Shown piece after piece: positions 1 to 10,295 of a stretch of 64,000 nucleotides of DNA. Every line of letters begins with the position of its first letter. The stretch's first letter is position 1. The notes beneath the pieces were generated by a model. It was not told the DNA's origin and did not search any database. It worked only from the letters and a program-made list of their open reading frames with translations. The position numbers and the translations under genes are program-made. Source of the stretch: an uncultured Chloroflexia bacterium (GTDB lineage: Bacteria > Chloroflexota > Limnocylindria > Limnocylindrales > CSP1-4). The stretch is from assembly GCA_963748625.1 (NCBI GenBank), contig CAVVJT010000004.1, positions 576,001 to 640,000 on the forward strand, read 5' to 3'.

Positions 1-774
1 CTCCTTGCGACGATTGGCGCGCTGCTCGCCGGCATCGTGGAGAAGGGCCGTATGCAGGCGGAGGCGGAGGCGCAGCTGGACCGCCTCTCGCAGCTGGACG
101 CGGCGCGCGCCGAGCTGCTGGCGGTGGTGACCCACGAGCTGCGCACGCCCCTCGCGGTCGTCCGCGCCTACGTGGACCTGCTCGCCGACGCGGCGGCCGG
201 CGGCCAACCCACAGATCCGCGGGTGATCGACACGTGGCGGACCGGCGCGATCGACCAGGTCACGCGGCTCGACCGCCTGGTGGATGGGATCCTCGCCTCG
301 GTCCGCGGGGAGGGGCTGACCGGTCTGCGCCGCGAGCCGTTCGACGTGGTGACCGCCATCGACAAGACCGTGGGCACGCTCGCGCTGCTGCTGCGCACAC
401 GGTCGGTCCGATGGACACCTCCCATCGAGCCGATGGTCGCCCGCGGCGACGAGCACCGCTTCATCCAGGTGCTGGAGCAGATCCTCGACAACGAGGCGAA
501 GTACGCCCCGCCGGAGCAGGCGGTGAGCATCGGGGCCTGGCGTGTCGGCGAGGAGATCCACGTCTACATCACCGACGACGGCCCGGGCGTCCCGATCGAG
601 GACTGGGAGGCTGTGTTCCAGCCGTATGTCCGGGTGGACCGGGCGCGCTCACGCGGATCCGGGATCGGGCTGTTCGCGGCGCGGCGGCTGATGGAGGCGA
701 TGGGCGGCCGGACCTGGATCGAGAAGAACGGCTACGGCGGCTCGCGCTTCATGGTGGCGCTGCCGAACGTCTGA
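1..774 (+). CDS. Sensor histidine kinase (HisKA + HATPase_c), 5'-truncated by window edge
   Basis: Frame open from base 1; H-box VTHELRTPL, N-box ILDNEAKY, G1 DDGPG, G2 GSGIGL. Confidence 0.9.
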   Translation, partial: LLATIGALLAGIVEKGRMQAEAEAQLDRLSQLDAARAELLAVVTHELRTPLAVVRAYVDLLADAAAGGQPTDPRVIDTWRTGAIDQVTRLDRLVDGILASVRGEGLTGLRREPFDVVTAIDKTVGTLALLLRTRSVRWTPPIEPMVARGDEHRFIQVLEQILDNEAKYAPPEQAVSIGAWRVGEEIHVYITDDGPGVPIEDWEAVFQPYVRVDRARSRGSGIGLFAARRLMEAMGGRTWIEKNGYGGSRFMVALPNV

Positions 775-790
775 GTCGCGCGTGCGGCAG

Positions 791-1096
791 GATCATCCCC
801 TCGGGTAGGGCCGGCGAACGTTACCCCCGAGGCTGGAACTGGCGAACACCCTGCGGGGACCGGTGCCGCGATCCACTCCTGCGCGGGCAGGTTCGGGATC
901 CCATCCCTGCGCGGACCGAATCGGCCAACAATCCCCGTGGTGAGATCCGCCCATGGCGTGCAGAGGTCACGCACCGAACCCCAGGCTCAGGCTCCGAGTC
1001 CTGGCACGGACTGCCCCGATTCCATTCCTCCGCGGATAGATCGGCGATTCCATCCCCGTGGGACCAGACCGGCGGCCATCTCCGCGTGGACTCCGT
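791..1096. repeat. Degenerate tandem repeat tract, ~26-28 nt period, about 9 units in two blocks
   Basis: Units such as gatcccatccctgcgcggaccgaatcggc, gattccattcctccgcggatagatcggc, gattccatccccgtgggaccagaccggc; anchor A at 795, 823, 848, 875, 903, 931, 1024, 1052, 1078. Confidence 0.6.
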
Positions 1097-1159
1097 CTGC
1101 AGCGAGCGCGGGTTGCGGGACGCGTGCAGGGTCGCGTGCTCGGCGGAGATCTGGCCGCC

Positions 1160-2269
1160 TCAGGCGGGACCCGCCACCACCTGCAGCTCCGTGGCCCGGA
1201 TGTGGGCGTAGCCCGGCTTCACCACCTCGTTGATCAGGGCCAGCCGCTCGTCGAACGGCAGGAACGAGGATTTGAGCGCGTTGATGGTCAGCCACTCCAT
1301 CTCGCCCAGGCCGATCCCGAACGTGGCATCGAGCGCAGCGAACTCGGAGCTCATGGAGACGCCGCTCATCAGGCGGTTGTCGGTGTTGAGCGTGACCCGG
1401 AAGCGCAGGCGGCGGAGCAGGTCGAGCGGATGGTCCTCGAAACGGGCGACACCGCCAGTGTGCACGTTGGACGTGGGGCACATCTCGAGGGCGATCCGCG
1501 AGTCGCGCACGAAGGCCGCCAGCCTGCCGAGGTGCACGACGCCGGCATCGTCCACGGTGATGTCGTCGATGATCCGCAGGCCGTGACCCAGGCGCTCTGC
1601 CCCGCACACCTGGATCGCCTCCCAGATGCTCGGCAGGCCGAAGGACTCGCCCGCGTGGATGGTCACGTGGAAGTTCTCGCGGTGCAGGAGGGAGAACGCG
1701 TCGAGGTGGCGGGTGGGCCGGTAGCCCGCCTCGGGCCCGGCGATGTCGAAGCCGACGACGCCGTGATCCCGCCAGCGCACGGCGAGCTCCGCGATCTCCA
1801 CCGAGCGGGCGGCCTGGCGCATGGCGGTGATCAGGATGCGCGCGGTGATCGGGTGCCCGGCCGCCGCAGCCTTCTCCGACCCGGTCCGGACCCCGCCGAG
1901 CACGGCCTCGACCACCTCGTCGGGCGTGAGGCCCTGCTCGGTGTGGAGCTCGGGCGCGAAGCGGATCTCGGCATACACGACGCCGTCGGCCGCGAGGTCC
2001 TCCACCGCCTCGGCTGCCACGCGGGCGAGCGCGTCGCGCTGCTGCATCACGCCGCACGTGTGCTGGAAGGTCTCGAGGTAGAGCTCGAGCGACTTGCGGT
2101 CGGCGCCACGGCGCACCCAGGCGGCAAGCTCGTCCGGGTCCCGCGTCGGGAGGCCGCCGTAGCCGAACTCGGCGGCAAGGTCGATCATCGTGGCAGGCCG
2201 CAGCCCGCCGTCGAGATGGTCGTGGAGCAGCGCCTTGGGCGCTGAGCGGATGGTGTCGGGCGTCAGCAC
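1160..2269 (-). CDS. add: Adenosine deaminase
   Basis: [31 protein letters not shown] motifs; GTG start after GGAGG. Confidence 0.92.
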   Translation of the reverse strand: MLTPDTIRSAPKALLHDHLDGGLRPATMIDLAAEFGYGGLPTRDPDELAAWVRRGADRKSLELYLETFQHTCGVMQQRDALARVAAEAVEDLAADGVVYAEIRFAPELHTEQGLTPDEVVEAVLGGVRTGSEKAAAAGHPITARILITAMRQAARSVEIAELAVRWRDHGVVGFDIAGPEAGYRPTRHLDAFSLLHRENFHVTIHAGESFGLPSIWEAIQVCGAERLGHGLRIIDDITVDDAGVVHLGRLAAFVRDSRIALEMCPTSNVHTGGVARFEDHPLDLLRRLRFRVTLNTDNRLMSGVSMSSEFAALDATFGIGLGEMEWLTINALKSSFLPFDERLALINEVVKPGYAHIRATELQVVAGPA

Positions 2270-2337
2270 GGTCGTCCTCCTGGGTCCTGCGATCGTACCG
2301 CCGCGCGCGCGGGAGGCCAGAGCCATCCGGACGCCTG

Positions 2338-3537
2338 CTACCGCCAGAGCGACTCGTACGGGTGCTCGCCCACCAGCGGCGCGCCGCGCGCGAACCGCTC
2401 CAGCCTGAACGGGCGCAGGTCGATCGGACCCGGCGTGCCGTCCATGATCCAGGCGGCCATCGCCTCCCCCACCGCGGGGGCGGTCTTGAAGCCGGAGCCG
2501 CTGAAGCCGCACTGGAGGAACAGGCCCTCTGGACCCGCGGGCCCGAGGATCGCGCGCTGGTCGGGCGACATCCCGTCCTGGCCGCCGTGCGCGGTGCGGA
2601 AGTCGCCGTCGGCCATCCAGGGCAGGCGCTCGCAGAGGCGCTCCGCGAGGATGGGAATGATGGACGGGTCATACCCGTCCACCGGGCGGTCGGGCGAGCC
2701 GCCGATGTCGTTGCCGGTCTCGAGGCCCACCAGCAGCAGCTCGCGACCCTCGCTTCGGAAGTAGACGGCACGGATGTGGTCGAGGACGATCGGGACAGGT
2801 CGGGCGGGCGGGCCGGGCCGCGCGGACGGCAGGCCGAAGTACCCGGTGTCGTGGCGCCACGGCTCGATCGGCACGTCGACGCCCGCGGTCGCAGCGAGGA
2901 TGCCCGCCCATGCGCCCGCCGCATCGACCACGACGGGCGCGCTCACGGTCCCTCGATCGGTGGCCACGCCGAGGACCCGCGCACCGTCCGTCACGATCCG
3001 CTCCACGCGCACCCCGCCCGCGTACGCCGCCCCGTGGTGATGTCGCGCGGCTGCGAGGAAGCCGGTCGCGGTGCCGGTGGGATCGGCGTACCCGGAGTGC
3101 GGTTCCCAGGCCGCCGCGACCACGTCGTCAACGACCATGCCCGGCACCAGGGCCGCCGCCTCGTCGGGCCCGACCACCCCCGTCGCAATCCCGAGTGCCT
3201 GCTGTGCCGCGACGTTCGCGCGCAGCGCGTCCACGTGGGCCGCGGGCACCAGCTGCATGAAGCCGGTGGTGACGAAGCCGCAGTCGCCCTCGCCGACGAC
3301 GTCGGCCCAGCGGGTGAAGGTCGGGAAGGCGCGCCACGCGAGCGCCGCCTCGAGCGCGAGGTCGTAGTGCATGCGCACGAAGCCCGACGACCGCCCAGTG
3401 GCGCCGGCACCCGGCGCGGAGCGCTCCAGCACCAGGACCCTGGCGCCCCGGCGCGCGAGATGGAACGCGGTCGCGGCACCCTGGACGCCGCCGCCAACAA
3501 TGACGACGTCCGCGATGTCGAGCGGCAGGCCGGACAT
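2338..3537 (-). CDS. FAD-dependent oxidoreductase (DAO / sarcosine oxidase beta-like)
   Basis: [10 protein letters not shown] Rossmann motif, [22 protein letters not shown]. Confidence 0.88.
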   Translation of the reverse strand: MSGLPLDIADVVIVGGGVQGAATAFHLARRGARVLVLERSAPGAGATGRSSGFVRMHYDLALEAALAWRAFPTFTRWADVVGEGDCGFVTTGFMQLVPAAHVDALRANVAAQQALGIATGVVGPDEAAALVPGMVVDDVVAAAWEPHSGYADPTGTATGFLAAARHHHGAAYAGGVRVERIVTDGARVLGVATDRGTVSAPVVVDAAGAWAGILAATAGVDVPIEPWRHDTGYFGLPSARPGPPARPVPIVLDHIRAVYFRSEGRELLLVGLETGNDIGGSPDRPVDGYDPSIIPILAERLCERLPWMADGDFRTAHGGQDGMSPDQRAILGPAGPEGLFLQCGFSGSGFKTAPAVGEAMAAWIMDGTPGPIDLRPFRLERFARGAPLVGEHPYESLWR

Positions 3538-3561
3538 GGGATCGCCCTCCGCGTGACGGGT

Positions 3562-3610
3562 CGGCCGGTGGGCCGGTGGGCCGGTCAGCCGGTGGGCCGT
3601 TCAGCCGGCC
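3562..3610. repeat. 8-nt tandem repeat (GCCGGTGG/GCCGGTCA)
   Basis: cggccggtgggccggtgggccggtcagccggtgggccgttcagccgg just after the argH stop. Confidence 0.6.
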
Positions 3611-5019
3611 AGGCGGGCTTTCGCGGCCGCGAGCGCCTCGGCGACCCGGTTGGGCGCGGTGCCCCCAGTGACGTCGGCCGAGGCGAGCGAGCCCTCGATG
3701 GTCGCCGCTGCGCGCAGCGTCGCGGCCACCCCCCGCTCCTTGGCAAGGTGTCGGGCAACCGGGTCGTCGGAGCCGTCGAGCGCCGCCCGGAAGGCCTCAT
3801 CGGGGAGTCCGGCGAGCGTCGGAATGCCCTCGGCTTCGGCGCCACCCACCAGCCCGCCCACGATGTGGTGTGCGGCCCGGAAGGGAACGCCACGGCGCAC
3901 GAGCGCGTCCGCGAGGGCGGTGGCGGTGGTATAGCCTTCCTCGGCGGCGGCGCGCATGCGGCCGCGGTCCACGGTCATCGTCTCGACGAGTCCCGCCATC
4001 ACGGCCAGCGACGCATCCAGCGTGGCGACCGAGGCGAACAGCGCCGGCTTGTCCTCCTGGAGGTCGCGCTGGTACGCGAGCGGCAGGCCCTTGAGCAGGA
4101 CGAGCATGGCGGTGAGCGCCCCGATCACGGCCGCCGACCGGCCGCGGACGAGCTCCGCCGGGTCCGGGTTCTTCTTGTTGGGCATCATCGAGGAGCCGGT
4201 GGAGAACGCGTCAGCGACGTGGACGAACCCGAAGCGCGGGTTGGACCACCAGGTGACCTCCTCGGCCAGGCGGGACAGGTGGACCATCGCGAGCGCGGCA
4301 GCGCCCAGCACCTCCACGACGAAGTCCCGGTCGGCCACAGCGTCGAGCGAGTTGGCGGTGACGCCGTCGAACCCGAGCTCGGCGGCCGTCGTCTCACGGT
4401 CAAGGGGGTAGCCGGCGCCGGCGAGGGCGCCCGCGCCCAGCGGCGAGACGTTGAGGCGGCTGCGTGCGTCGGCGAGGCGGCCGCGGTCCCGTTCGAGCAT
4501 CTCGACATAGGCGAGCAGGTGGTGGGCAAGCAGCACGGGCTGGGCCGGCTGGATGTGCGTGGTCCCCGGCAGGACGGCGTCGCCCTCGCGCTCGGCGAGG
4601 TCGATCAGGGCCAGCTCAAGCGCGACGATCTGCGCGTCCAGGCGCCCGATCGCGCGGCGCGTCCACAGCCGCAGGTCCGTGGCCACCTGATCGTTGCGCG
4701 AGCGCCCGGTGTGGAGCTTGCCGCCGACCGCCCCGACGCGCTCGGTGAGCATCGTCTCGAGGTTCATGTGGACGTCTTCGAGGGCCGGATCCCAGGCGAC
4801 GGCACCTGCCACGACATCGTCGCGCAGGGACACCAGGCCCCGCTCCAGGACACCCGCCTCCTCCTCGGTCAGGAGGCCCGCCCGGCCGAGGCCGCGCACG
4901 TGGGCGATCGACCCCGCGATGTCGTCGAGCGCGAGCTCCGCGTCGACCTCGATGGAGCGCGTGAAGTCCACCATTCGCGCATCCGGTCCGTCGCCGAACC
5001 TGCCGCCCCAGAGTCGCAT
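3601..5019 (-). CDS. argH: Argininosuccinate lyase
   Basis: LWGGRF N-terminus, LHTGRSRNDQV, TGSSMMPNKKNPD signature. Confidence 0.97.
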   Translation of the reverse strand: MRLWGGRFGDGPDARMVDFTRSIEVDAELALDDIAGSIAHVRGLGRAGLLTEEEAGVLERGLVSLRDDVVAGAVAWDPALEDVHMNLETMLTERVGAVGGKLHTGRSRNDQVATDLRLWTRRAIGRLDAQIVALELALIDLAEREGDAVLPGTTHIQPAQPVLLAHHLLAYVEMLERDRGRLADARSRLNVSPLGAGALAGAGYPLDRETTAAELGFDGVTANSLDAVADRDFVVEVLGAAALAMVHLSRLAEEVTWWSNPRFGFVHVADAFSTGSSMMPNKKNPDPAELVRGRSAAVIGALTAMLVLLKGLPLAYQRDLQEDKPALFASVATLDASLAVMAGLVETMTVDRGRMRAAAEEGYTTATALADALVRRGVPFRAAHHIVGGLVGGAEAEGIPTLAGLPDEAFRAALDGSDDPVARHLAKERGVAATLRAAATIEGSLASADVTGGTAPNRVAEALAAAKARLAG

Positions 5020-5091
5020 GGTTCCTCCTGTCGGGTGCTGGCTGCCATCGTACCCGGCGAGGTGCGGGATTCGACCGCCGTCGGTGGCGGG

Positions 5092-5170
5092 CCGGATCGG
5101 TCAGCCCGAGGGCCGGTCCAGTCAGGCCGGGGTCCGGATCGGTCCGCCCGTGGGCCGGTCCGGTCAGGCC
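5092..5170. repeat. Imperfect direct repeat, 2 x ~37 nt (42-nt spacing)
   Basis: ccggatcggtcagcccgagggccggtccagtcaggcc / ccggatcggtccgcccgtgggccggtccggtcaggcc. Confidence 0.65.
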
Positions 5171-5976
5171 TGGGGCCGGTCTGCCACCAGGACCAGGGCC
5201 GTCGCGTCGTCGTGGACCGAGAACTGGGCGAGCTCCGGGGAAGCCGTGGCCGCCCGTTCCGCATTCCGCAGCTGCCTGACAAGATCGGCGAGGCCGGTCG
5301 CGTCGCGGGCGGCAATCGCGGCGGGCGTCGCCAGCCCGAACACTGTCCAAGCCCTGGCGAACCCATCCGAACAGATCACGAGCGCATCCGCCGCAGGGTC
5401 GATGACCCGGAGGATCGCATGGCGGGCAGCGTCCCGACCTTCGGGAACCGTCACCCAGTAGCCCTTCTCGGTGTTGAGGCGCTCGCGATTGGCAAGGAGG
5501 GTCGGCTCGATGCCGGCGCGCGCCTCCCCGGCGGAGTCTCCGGCCGCCAGTCGGCGACGGAGCACGCGAAGTGCGCGGTCGTCGAGGCGGCCGAGCCGCT
5601 TGTCCTCCGCCAGCCGCGCGACGCCATCTCGGAGCTCGACGACAACGCAGTCGCCAAGCACCACCGCACGAGGCCCCGCGGGCGTGTCGATCACGGTCCC
5701 GAGCGTGGCGGAGACTCCGGGCGCGGCGTCGGTGCCTTCCAGCGCGGTCGCCAGACGGGTTCGGGCGGCCATGCCGGTGTGATCGGCGAGACCTTTCAGC
5801 AGTCCCGCTGCGAACTCGCCGGGATCCCCGGCACCAGCCACGAGCGGCGTCGCCCCGTCGGCGACAGCCGCGATCCCGTCGCGGGCGAGCCAGCGATCGT
5901 GGCCCTTCCCGGGCGCCGGAGCATCGACGACCGTGAGGCGCCAGGTCCGGCCGGCAAGCAGGATCCGATCGTCCAC
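5164..5976 (-). CDS. PP2C-like (PPM) phosphatase-domain protein
   Basis: AVADGAT, LGDC, ICSDGF, HDDATAL metal-binding motifs; start approximate. Confidence 0.75.
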   Translation of the reverse strand: MDDRILLAGRTWRLTVVDAPAPGKGHDRWLARDGIAAVADGATPLVAGAGDPGEFAAGLLKGLADHTGMAARTRLATALEGTDAAPGVSATLGTVIDTPAGPRAVVLGDCVVVELRDGVARLAEDKRLGRLDDRALRVLRRRLAAGDSAGEARAGIEPTLLANRERLNTEKGYWVTVPEGRDAARHAILRVIDPAADALVICSDGFARAWTVFGLATPAAIAARDATGLADLVRQLRNAERAATASPELAQFSVHDDATALVLVADRPQA

Positions 5977-5980
5977 GACG

Positions 5981-7018
5981 CTACCGGCGGCGCCCGAGCG
6001 CCAGGCCAAGCACGAGCGTGCCGCCAAAGATCAACACCGCGATCGCGGCGAGCACGGCGATCGCGCCTTCCGGGGTCGTCTGGTTCTCGGCCGCACTGAT
6101 GCCGCCGATTGCGAGAGCGACGATGCCCACGATGACACCCGCGATCTCGGCGGACCGCGTTTCGACCCCGGCCAGGCGTTCGTCCACCCGCTTGTCCATC
6201 GCCCCGATCTTCCGGTCGATCTCCGCCGATGCGTTGATAAGCAGCAGCTCGTAGTCGTACAGCCGTCGGCGGACCTCGTCGCGATCGGCGTCCTTGTCGG
6301 CCTGGCGGGCGATCGCCAGCTCCCCGCGGGCCTGCTCGGTTCGCCCGAGGTGCCGCAGGACCTGGGCTCGGGTCAGGTGGAAGCGGGCATTGTCCCGGTC
6401 CAGCCTGATGGCCACATCGACGGCACCACGCGCCTCCTCCAGGAGGGCCGTCGCGCGCGTCTCGTCGCCACCGCGATCCAGCTGGGCGAGGATCGCGAGG
6501 GCGAGCGTGTGCTGGGCGCCCGCGTGATCACCGAGGACCTCGATGGCGCGCCGGGCCTCGGCGAGCGCCCGGTCGGGGTTGAAGCCCTTGGCGCCCTCGG
6601 CCATCGCCGTGAAGTGCGCGAACAGGGGGCATGGCCCCAAGGTGGGCTCGGCCTGCTCCAGCAGTTCGTCCAGGCGCCCGAAGTTGTTGGCGCGCCGCAG
6701 CGATGTCGCGAGCACGGCGAAGGCGAAGAAGGCGGCCCGCACGTTGCCGGCACGGCGCGCCTCGTCGAACGCCGCCTGCGCCGGTGCGTCCCATCGTGTC
6801 GCGGGTCCGTGCGGCTCGCCGGGCCGCAGCGGCAGGCCATAGACCTCCGTCGCCCGTCGCTCGTACTGGTACGCCTCCGAGCCCTTGGCGAACGCATTGA
6901 GCTGAGCGCCAACCTTCGCAAGGAGCTCGGCCGGCGTGCCGTCGTGCTCTCTCCAGGGCGTCTCGACGATCGGGTGCACGAGGTCGTCCTTTCCACCGCC
7001 GCCTGCTTCGACGGGCAT
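5981..7018 (-). CDS. TPR-repeat protein with C-terminal coiled coil and two TM helices
   Basis: TPR-like helices (NARFHLTRAQVLRHLGRTEQA); two hydrophobic C-terminal segments; TAGGCT-N6-ATG. Confidence 0.65.
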   Translation of the reverse strand: MPVEAGGGGKDDLVHPIVETPWREHDGTPAELLAKVGAQLNAFAKGSEAYQYERRATEVYGLPLRPGEPHGPATRWDAPAQAAFDEARRAGNVRAAFFAFAVLATSLRRANNFGRLDELLEQAEPTLGPCPLFAHFTAMAEGAKGFNPDRALAEARRAIEVLGDHAGAQHTLALAILAQLDRGGDETRATALLEEARGAVDVAIRLDRDNARFHLTRAQVLRHLGRTEQARGELAIARQADKDADRDEVRRRLYDYELLLINASAEIDRKIGAMDKRVDERLAGVETRSAEIAGVIVGIVALAIGGISAAENQTTPEGAIAVLAAIAVLIFGGTLVLGLALGRRR

Positions 7019-7065
7019 GGCGCAAGCCTACCGGCCTGCTGATGGGCGGGGGCTATGATCGCGCG

Positions 7066-8013
7066 ATGCGCCGCGGCACCCCCTGGACCTGGGTCCAGTT
7101 CCTCGCCCTCGGGTTCATCTGGGGCTCGTCCTACCTGTTCATCAAGATCGGGCTCGGGTCGATCCCACCCCTGACCCTGATCGCGGGAAGGCTGACGCTT
7201 GGCGCGCTCCTCCTTGTGGCCGTGGTGCTGGCTGCCCGCCAGGAGACCCCACGGACCGCGCGGATGTACGGGCACCTGCTGGTGATGGCCATCGTGAACA
7301 TCATCATCCCGTTCGCGCTGATCACGTACGGCGAGCAGACGATCGACTCGGCGCTGGCCTCGATCCTCACCGCGACGGTACCGCTCACGGTGATCATGCT
7401 GGCGCCGCTGTTCCTCCCCGACGAGCGCGTGACGCTGCCCAAGATCGCGGGCCTGGCCGTCGGGTTCGGTGGCGTGATCCTGCTCGTGGCGCCGGACCTC
7501 GTGAACCTGGGCGACGCGGACCTGCGGGGCGAGCTGATGCTCCTGGGGGCTGCGGTGGCGTATGGGATCGGCAACGTCTACTCCCGGCGCAACGTGCACG
7601 GCCTGCGTCCGATGATCCCGGCCCTGTTCCAGGTGGGGATCGCGGCGCTGATCATGGTGCCGGTCGCGATCCTCGTGGACCGCCCGTTCACCGACGTCCA
7701 CCCGACGCCCGAGGCGCTGTTCGCGGTCGTGTGGCTCGGGATCCTGGGGTCCGGGGTTGCGTACCTCGCCTACTTCACGGTCCTGCGGGCGTGGGGCGCG
7801 ACGAGGACGTCGATGGTCGCGTACCTGCTGCCGGTGGTGGGGATCGCACTGGGGGCGGCGGTGATGAACGATCCGGTGACGGTGAACAGGCTCGCGGGAA
7901 CGGCGCTCGTCATCGCGGGGATCGCGCTGGTCAACAGCGGGCCGACGCTTCGGCGGTTGACGCGTCGCGGGGACGCAACCCCGCTCGCACCCGAACCGGT
8001 CGACAACGGCTGA
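7066..8013 (+). CDS. EamA/DMT family transporter
   Basis: IWGSSYLFIKIG, ~10 TM helices, YLLPVVG; TATGAT-N6-ATG. Confidence 0.88.
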   Translation: MRRGTPWTWVQFLALGFIWGSSYLFIKIGLGSIPPLTLIAGRLTLGALLLVAVVLAARQETPRTARMYGHLLVMAIVNIIIPFALITYGEQTIDSALASILTATVPLTVIMLAPLFLPDERVTLPKIAGLAVGFGGVILLVAPDLVNLGDADLRGELMLLGAAVAYGIGNVYSRRNVHGLRPMIPALFQVGIAALIMVPVAILVDRPFTDVHPTPEALFAVVWLGILGSGVAYLAYFTVLRAWGATRTSMVAYLLPVVGIALGAAVMNDPVTVNRLAGTALVIAGIALVNSGPTLRRLTRRGDATPLAPEPVDNG

Positions 8014-8244
8014 TCGGGGTCACTGCCCGCGGCCGGTGCGCTGCCGGCGGCCACAACACCGGTGGTGCCGTGGAGTCCACGAATACCCGCAAGCTGGCAC
8101 GTCAGAGGCCCGGTTCACGCACGGTGCTGCGTGACAGGCAACGAGATCCCGCATTTCGGGCGTTTCGAGGTCCTGCAGGCAGGTGTTTGCGCGATTCCGT
8201 TGACGTGGAGACAGCGCGCCGTGATGGCGCGGCGCCGTCGGACC

Positions 8245-9249
8245 TCAGCCGAAGCGCGCTCGCAGCCTCGGCAGGATCAGGTCGCCGTAGCGCGCGATCG
8301 CGGCCTCCTGGTCGTTGCCGGGGAAGTGGAAGACCAGGTGGTTGAACCCGTAGCCGATGTACGTGGCGATCTGCTCGAGGTGGGCATCCGGGTCGTCCGA
8401 CACCAGCCAGCGCCGGTGGGCCACAGGCTCGGCCAGCTTCGCCGCCTCCTCCATCTCGACGGCATCGTGGATGCCCATCTTCTGCTCGGCGGTGAGCGCG
8501 AGGGCCGCCCAGACCTTCGTGTCCTCCATCGCCCGGTCAAGGTCGGTGTCGAAGGAGACCTTCATCTCGATCATCTTGTCGAACGCGGCGACGTCGCGGC
8601 CGGCCTTTCCGGCGCCCTCGGCGAGGGCGGGGAGCAGGGTGTCCGTGTAGAGCTCGGCACCCTTGCCCGACGTGCAGATGAAGCCGTCGCCAAGGCGTCC
8701 GGCGAGGCGCGCGGCTGCAGGCCCGGAAGCGGCGATGTACACCGGCAGTGGCGAGTCGGGCTTGTCGTAGATCGTGGCGTCGTGGGTGCGGTAGTAGTCG
8801 CCCTCGAACGAGAGGCGCTCACCGCGCCACAGGGCCTGGATGAGCTGGACGGACTCGCGGAGGCGCGCGAACCGCTCGCTCTGCTCCGGCCAGTCAACCC
8901 CGACCGGCACCTCGTTGAGCGACTCCCCTGTCCCGACGCCCAAGATCACCCGCCCGGGGGCCAGGCACCCGAGCGTCCCGAACGCCTGCGCGACGATCGC
9001 AGGGTTGTAGCGGAAGGACGGGGTGAGCACCGAGGTGCCCAAGACGACCCGCTTGGTGGCCTGGGTCGCGGCGCCCAGCCAGACGAGCGCATTTGGCGCG
9101 TGGCCGTCGGTGTGGCGCCAGGGCTGGAAGTGGTCCGACGTCCAGACGGAGTCGAAGCCGGCCTGCTCCGCGGCGACCGCAAGGTCCAGCAGGCGCTTGG
9201 GCGGGAACTGCTCGGCGGAGGCCTTGTAGCCGAGGGTCAGGGCAGGCAT
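8245..9249 (-). CDS. fgd: F420-dependent glucose-6-phosphate dehydrogenase (LLM family)
   Basis: LGYKASAEQF, SDHFQPWRH, GTSVLTPSFRYNPA, GTGESLNE, FICTSGKG. Confidence 0.88.
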   Translation of the reverse strand: MPALTLGYKASAEQFPPKRLLDLAVAAEQAGFDSVWTSDHFQPWRHTDGHAPNALVWLGAATQATKRVVLGTSVLTPSFRYNPAIVAQAFGTLGCLAPGRVILGVGTGESLNEVPVGVDWPEQSERFARLRESVQLIQALWRGERLSFEGDYYRTHDATIYDKPDSPLPVYIAASGPAAARLAGRLGDGFICTSGKGAELYTDTLLPALAEGAGKAGRDVAAFDKMIEMKVSFDTDLDRAMEDTKVWAALALTAEQKMGIHDAVEMEEAAKLAEPVAHRRWLVSDDPDAHLEQIATYIGYGFNHLVFHFPGNDQEAAIARYGDLILPRLRARFG

Positions 9250-9332
9250 CGCGGCAACCTCGCGGGTCGGGTCCGTCCGGGTCGGGTCGGACAGGTGATC
9301 CGTCCATGGTGCCGTGGATCGACGGGCCGCGC

Positions 9333-10226
9333 CTAGCGCGCGAGCGCGAGAGCTCCAGCTCCGATCAGCACCAGCACCGATCCCGCGACCCGTATCCCGA
9401 TCTCACGCCGGCTCACCGCCTCACCCAGGCGCACCGCGCCCCACACCGACGTGAGCAGCACCGCCGACTCGCGCAGCGGCGCGACGATCGCGAGGGGCGC
9501 GCGGGCGAGCGCCGCCAGCACGAACCCGTAGGCCGTGAACGTGAGCAGCCCGGCCACCACCGCTCGCCCGACCTGCATCGGGGCCGCAGGATCGGGCGCC
9601 CAGCGGCCACCCCCCGCCCACCGCCGGACCGCCGCCACCAGCGCCAAACCCACCCCCGTGAGCGGCCAGAGGATGCCGGCATACAGCCACGCAGGCACCT
9701 GCTGCACGCCCAGCCGGTCGAGTGCGGAGTAGGTCGCGATCATGGTGCCGGTGAGCAGCGCGAACCCGGCGGCGGCACGGTCGCTCGAGGCAGCGCGGGC
9801 GAGTCTCCACGGCCGCTGGACCGTCAGCAGGCCGGCGACGAGCAACGCGACGCCCAGCCAGGCGCCCGGAGCGAGGCTCTCGCCGAGGATGAGCACGCCG
9901 ATGGCGATGGCAAACAAGGGTGCGCTGCCACGGGCAATCGGGTAGACGATCGAGAGATCGCCCCGCCGGTAGGCCGCGGCGAGGAACACGAAGTAGACCG
10001 TCTCCACCACCGCCGACACCACGGCGATGACCCAGGCAGTGGCCGGGATCGCGGGCTGTCCTGACGCCCACCACCCGGCGGTGACGAACGGCGCGACGAT
10101 GAGCGAGGCCGCGATGACTCCGATCGTGGCTGTCCGAAGTGCATCGCCCGCCGTCTTGAGCAGGATGTTCCACGCCGCGTGCATGACCGCCGCGACGGCG
10201 ATGAACAGGAGCGCGGCAGAATCCAC
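9333..10226 (-). CDS. EamA/DMT family transporter
   Basis: MHAAWN, AYRRGDLSIVYPIARG, APLRESAV motifs. Confidence 0.88.
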   Translation of the reverse strand: MDSAALLFIAVAAVMHAAWNILLKTAGDALRTATIGVIAASLIVAPFVTAGWWASGQPAIPATAWVIAVVSAVVETVYFVFLAAAYRRGDLSIVYPIARGSAPLFAIAIGVLILGESLAPGAWLGVALLVAGLLTVQRPWRLARAASSDRAAAGFALLTGTMIATYSALDRLGVQQVPAWLYAGILWPLTGVGLALVAAVRRWAGGGRWAPDPAAPMQVGRAVVAGLLTFTAYGFVLAALARAPLAIVAPLRESAVLLTSVWGAVRLGEAVSRREIGIRVAGSVLVLIGAGALALAR

Positions 10227-10295
10227 CGCTCGAGTCTAGCCTCGCGGGCCGACGTCACGGAGGCTCGTCGGCCCGCCAGCTCGGTGCGCGTTACG

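Noticed and set aside
791-1096. CRISPR array interpretation of the 28-nt repeats
   Set aside because: Units are highly degenerate and abut without unique spacers, and no cas genes are in the window
5055-5080. tRNA-3'-end-like sequence (ggcggtcgaatcccgcacctcgccg on minus strand)
   Set aside because: T-arm is imperfect, with no CCA and no cloverleaf upstream; no integrase nearby
2362-6099. 1245-aa plus-strand ORF
   Set aside because: Antisense shadow of the oxidoreductase, argH and PP2C genes; an Arg/Gly-rich artefact of high GC
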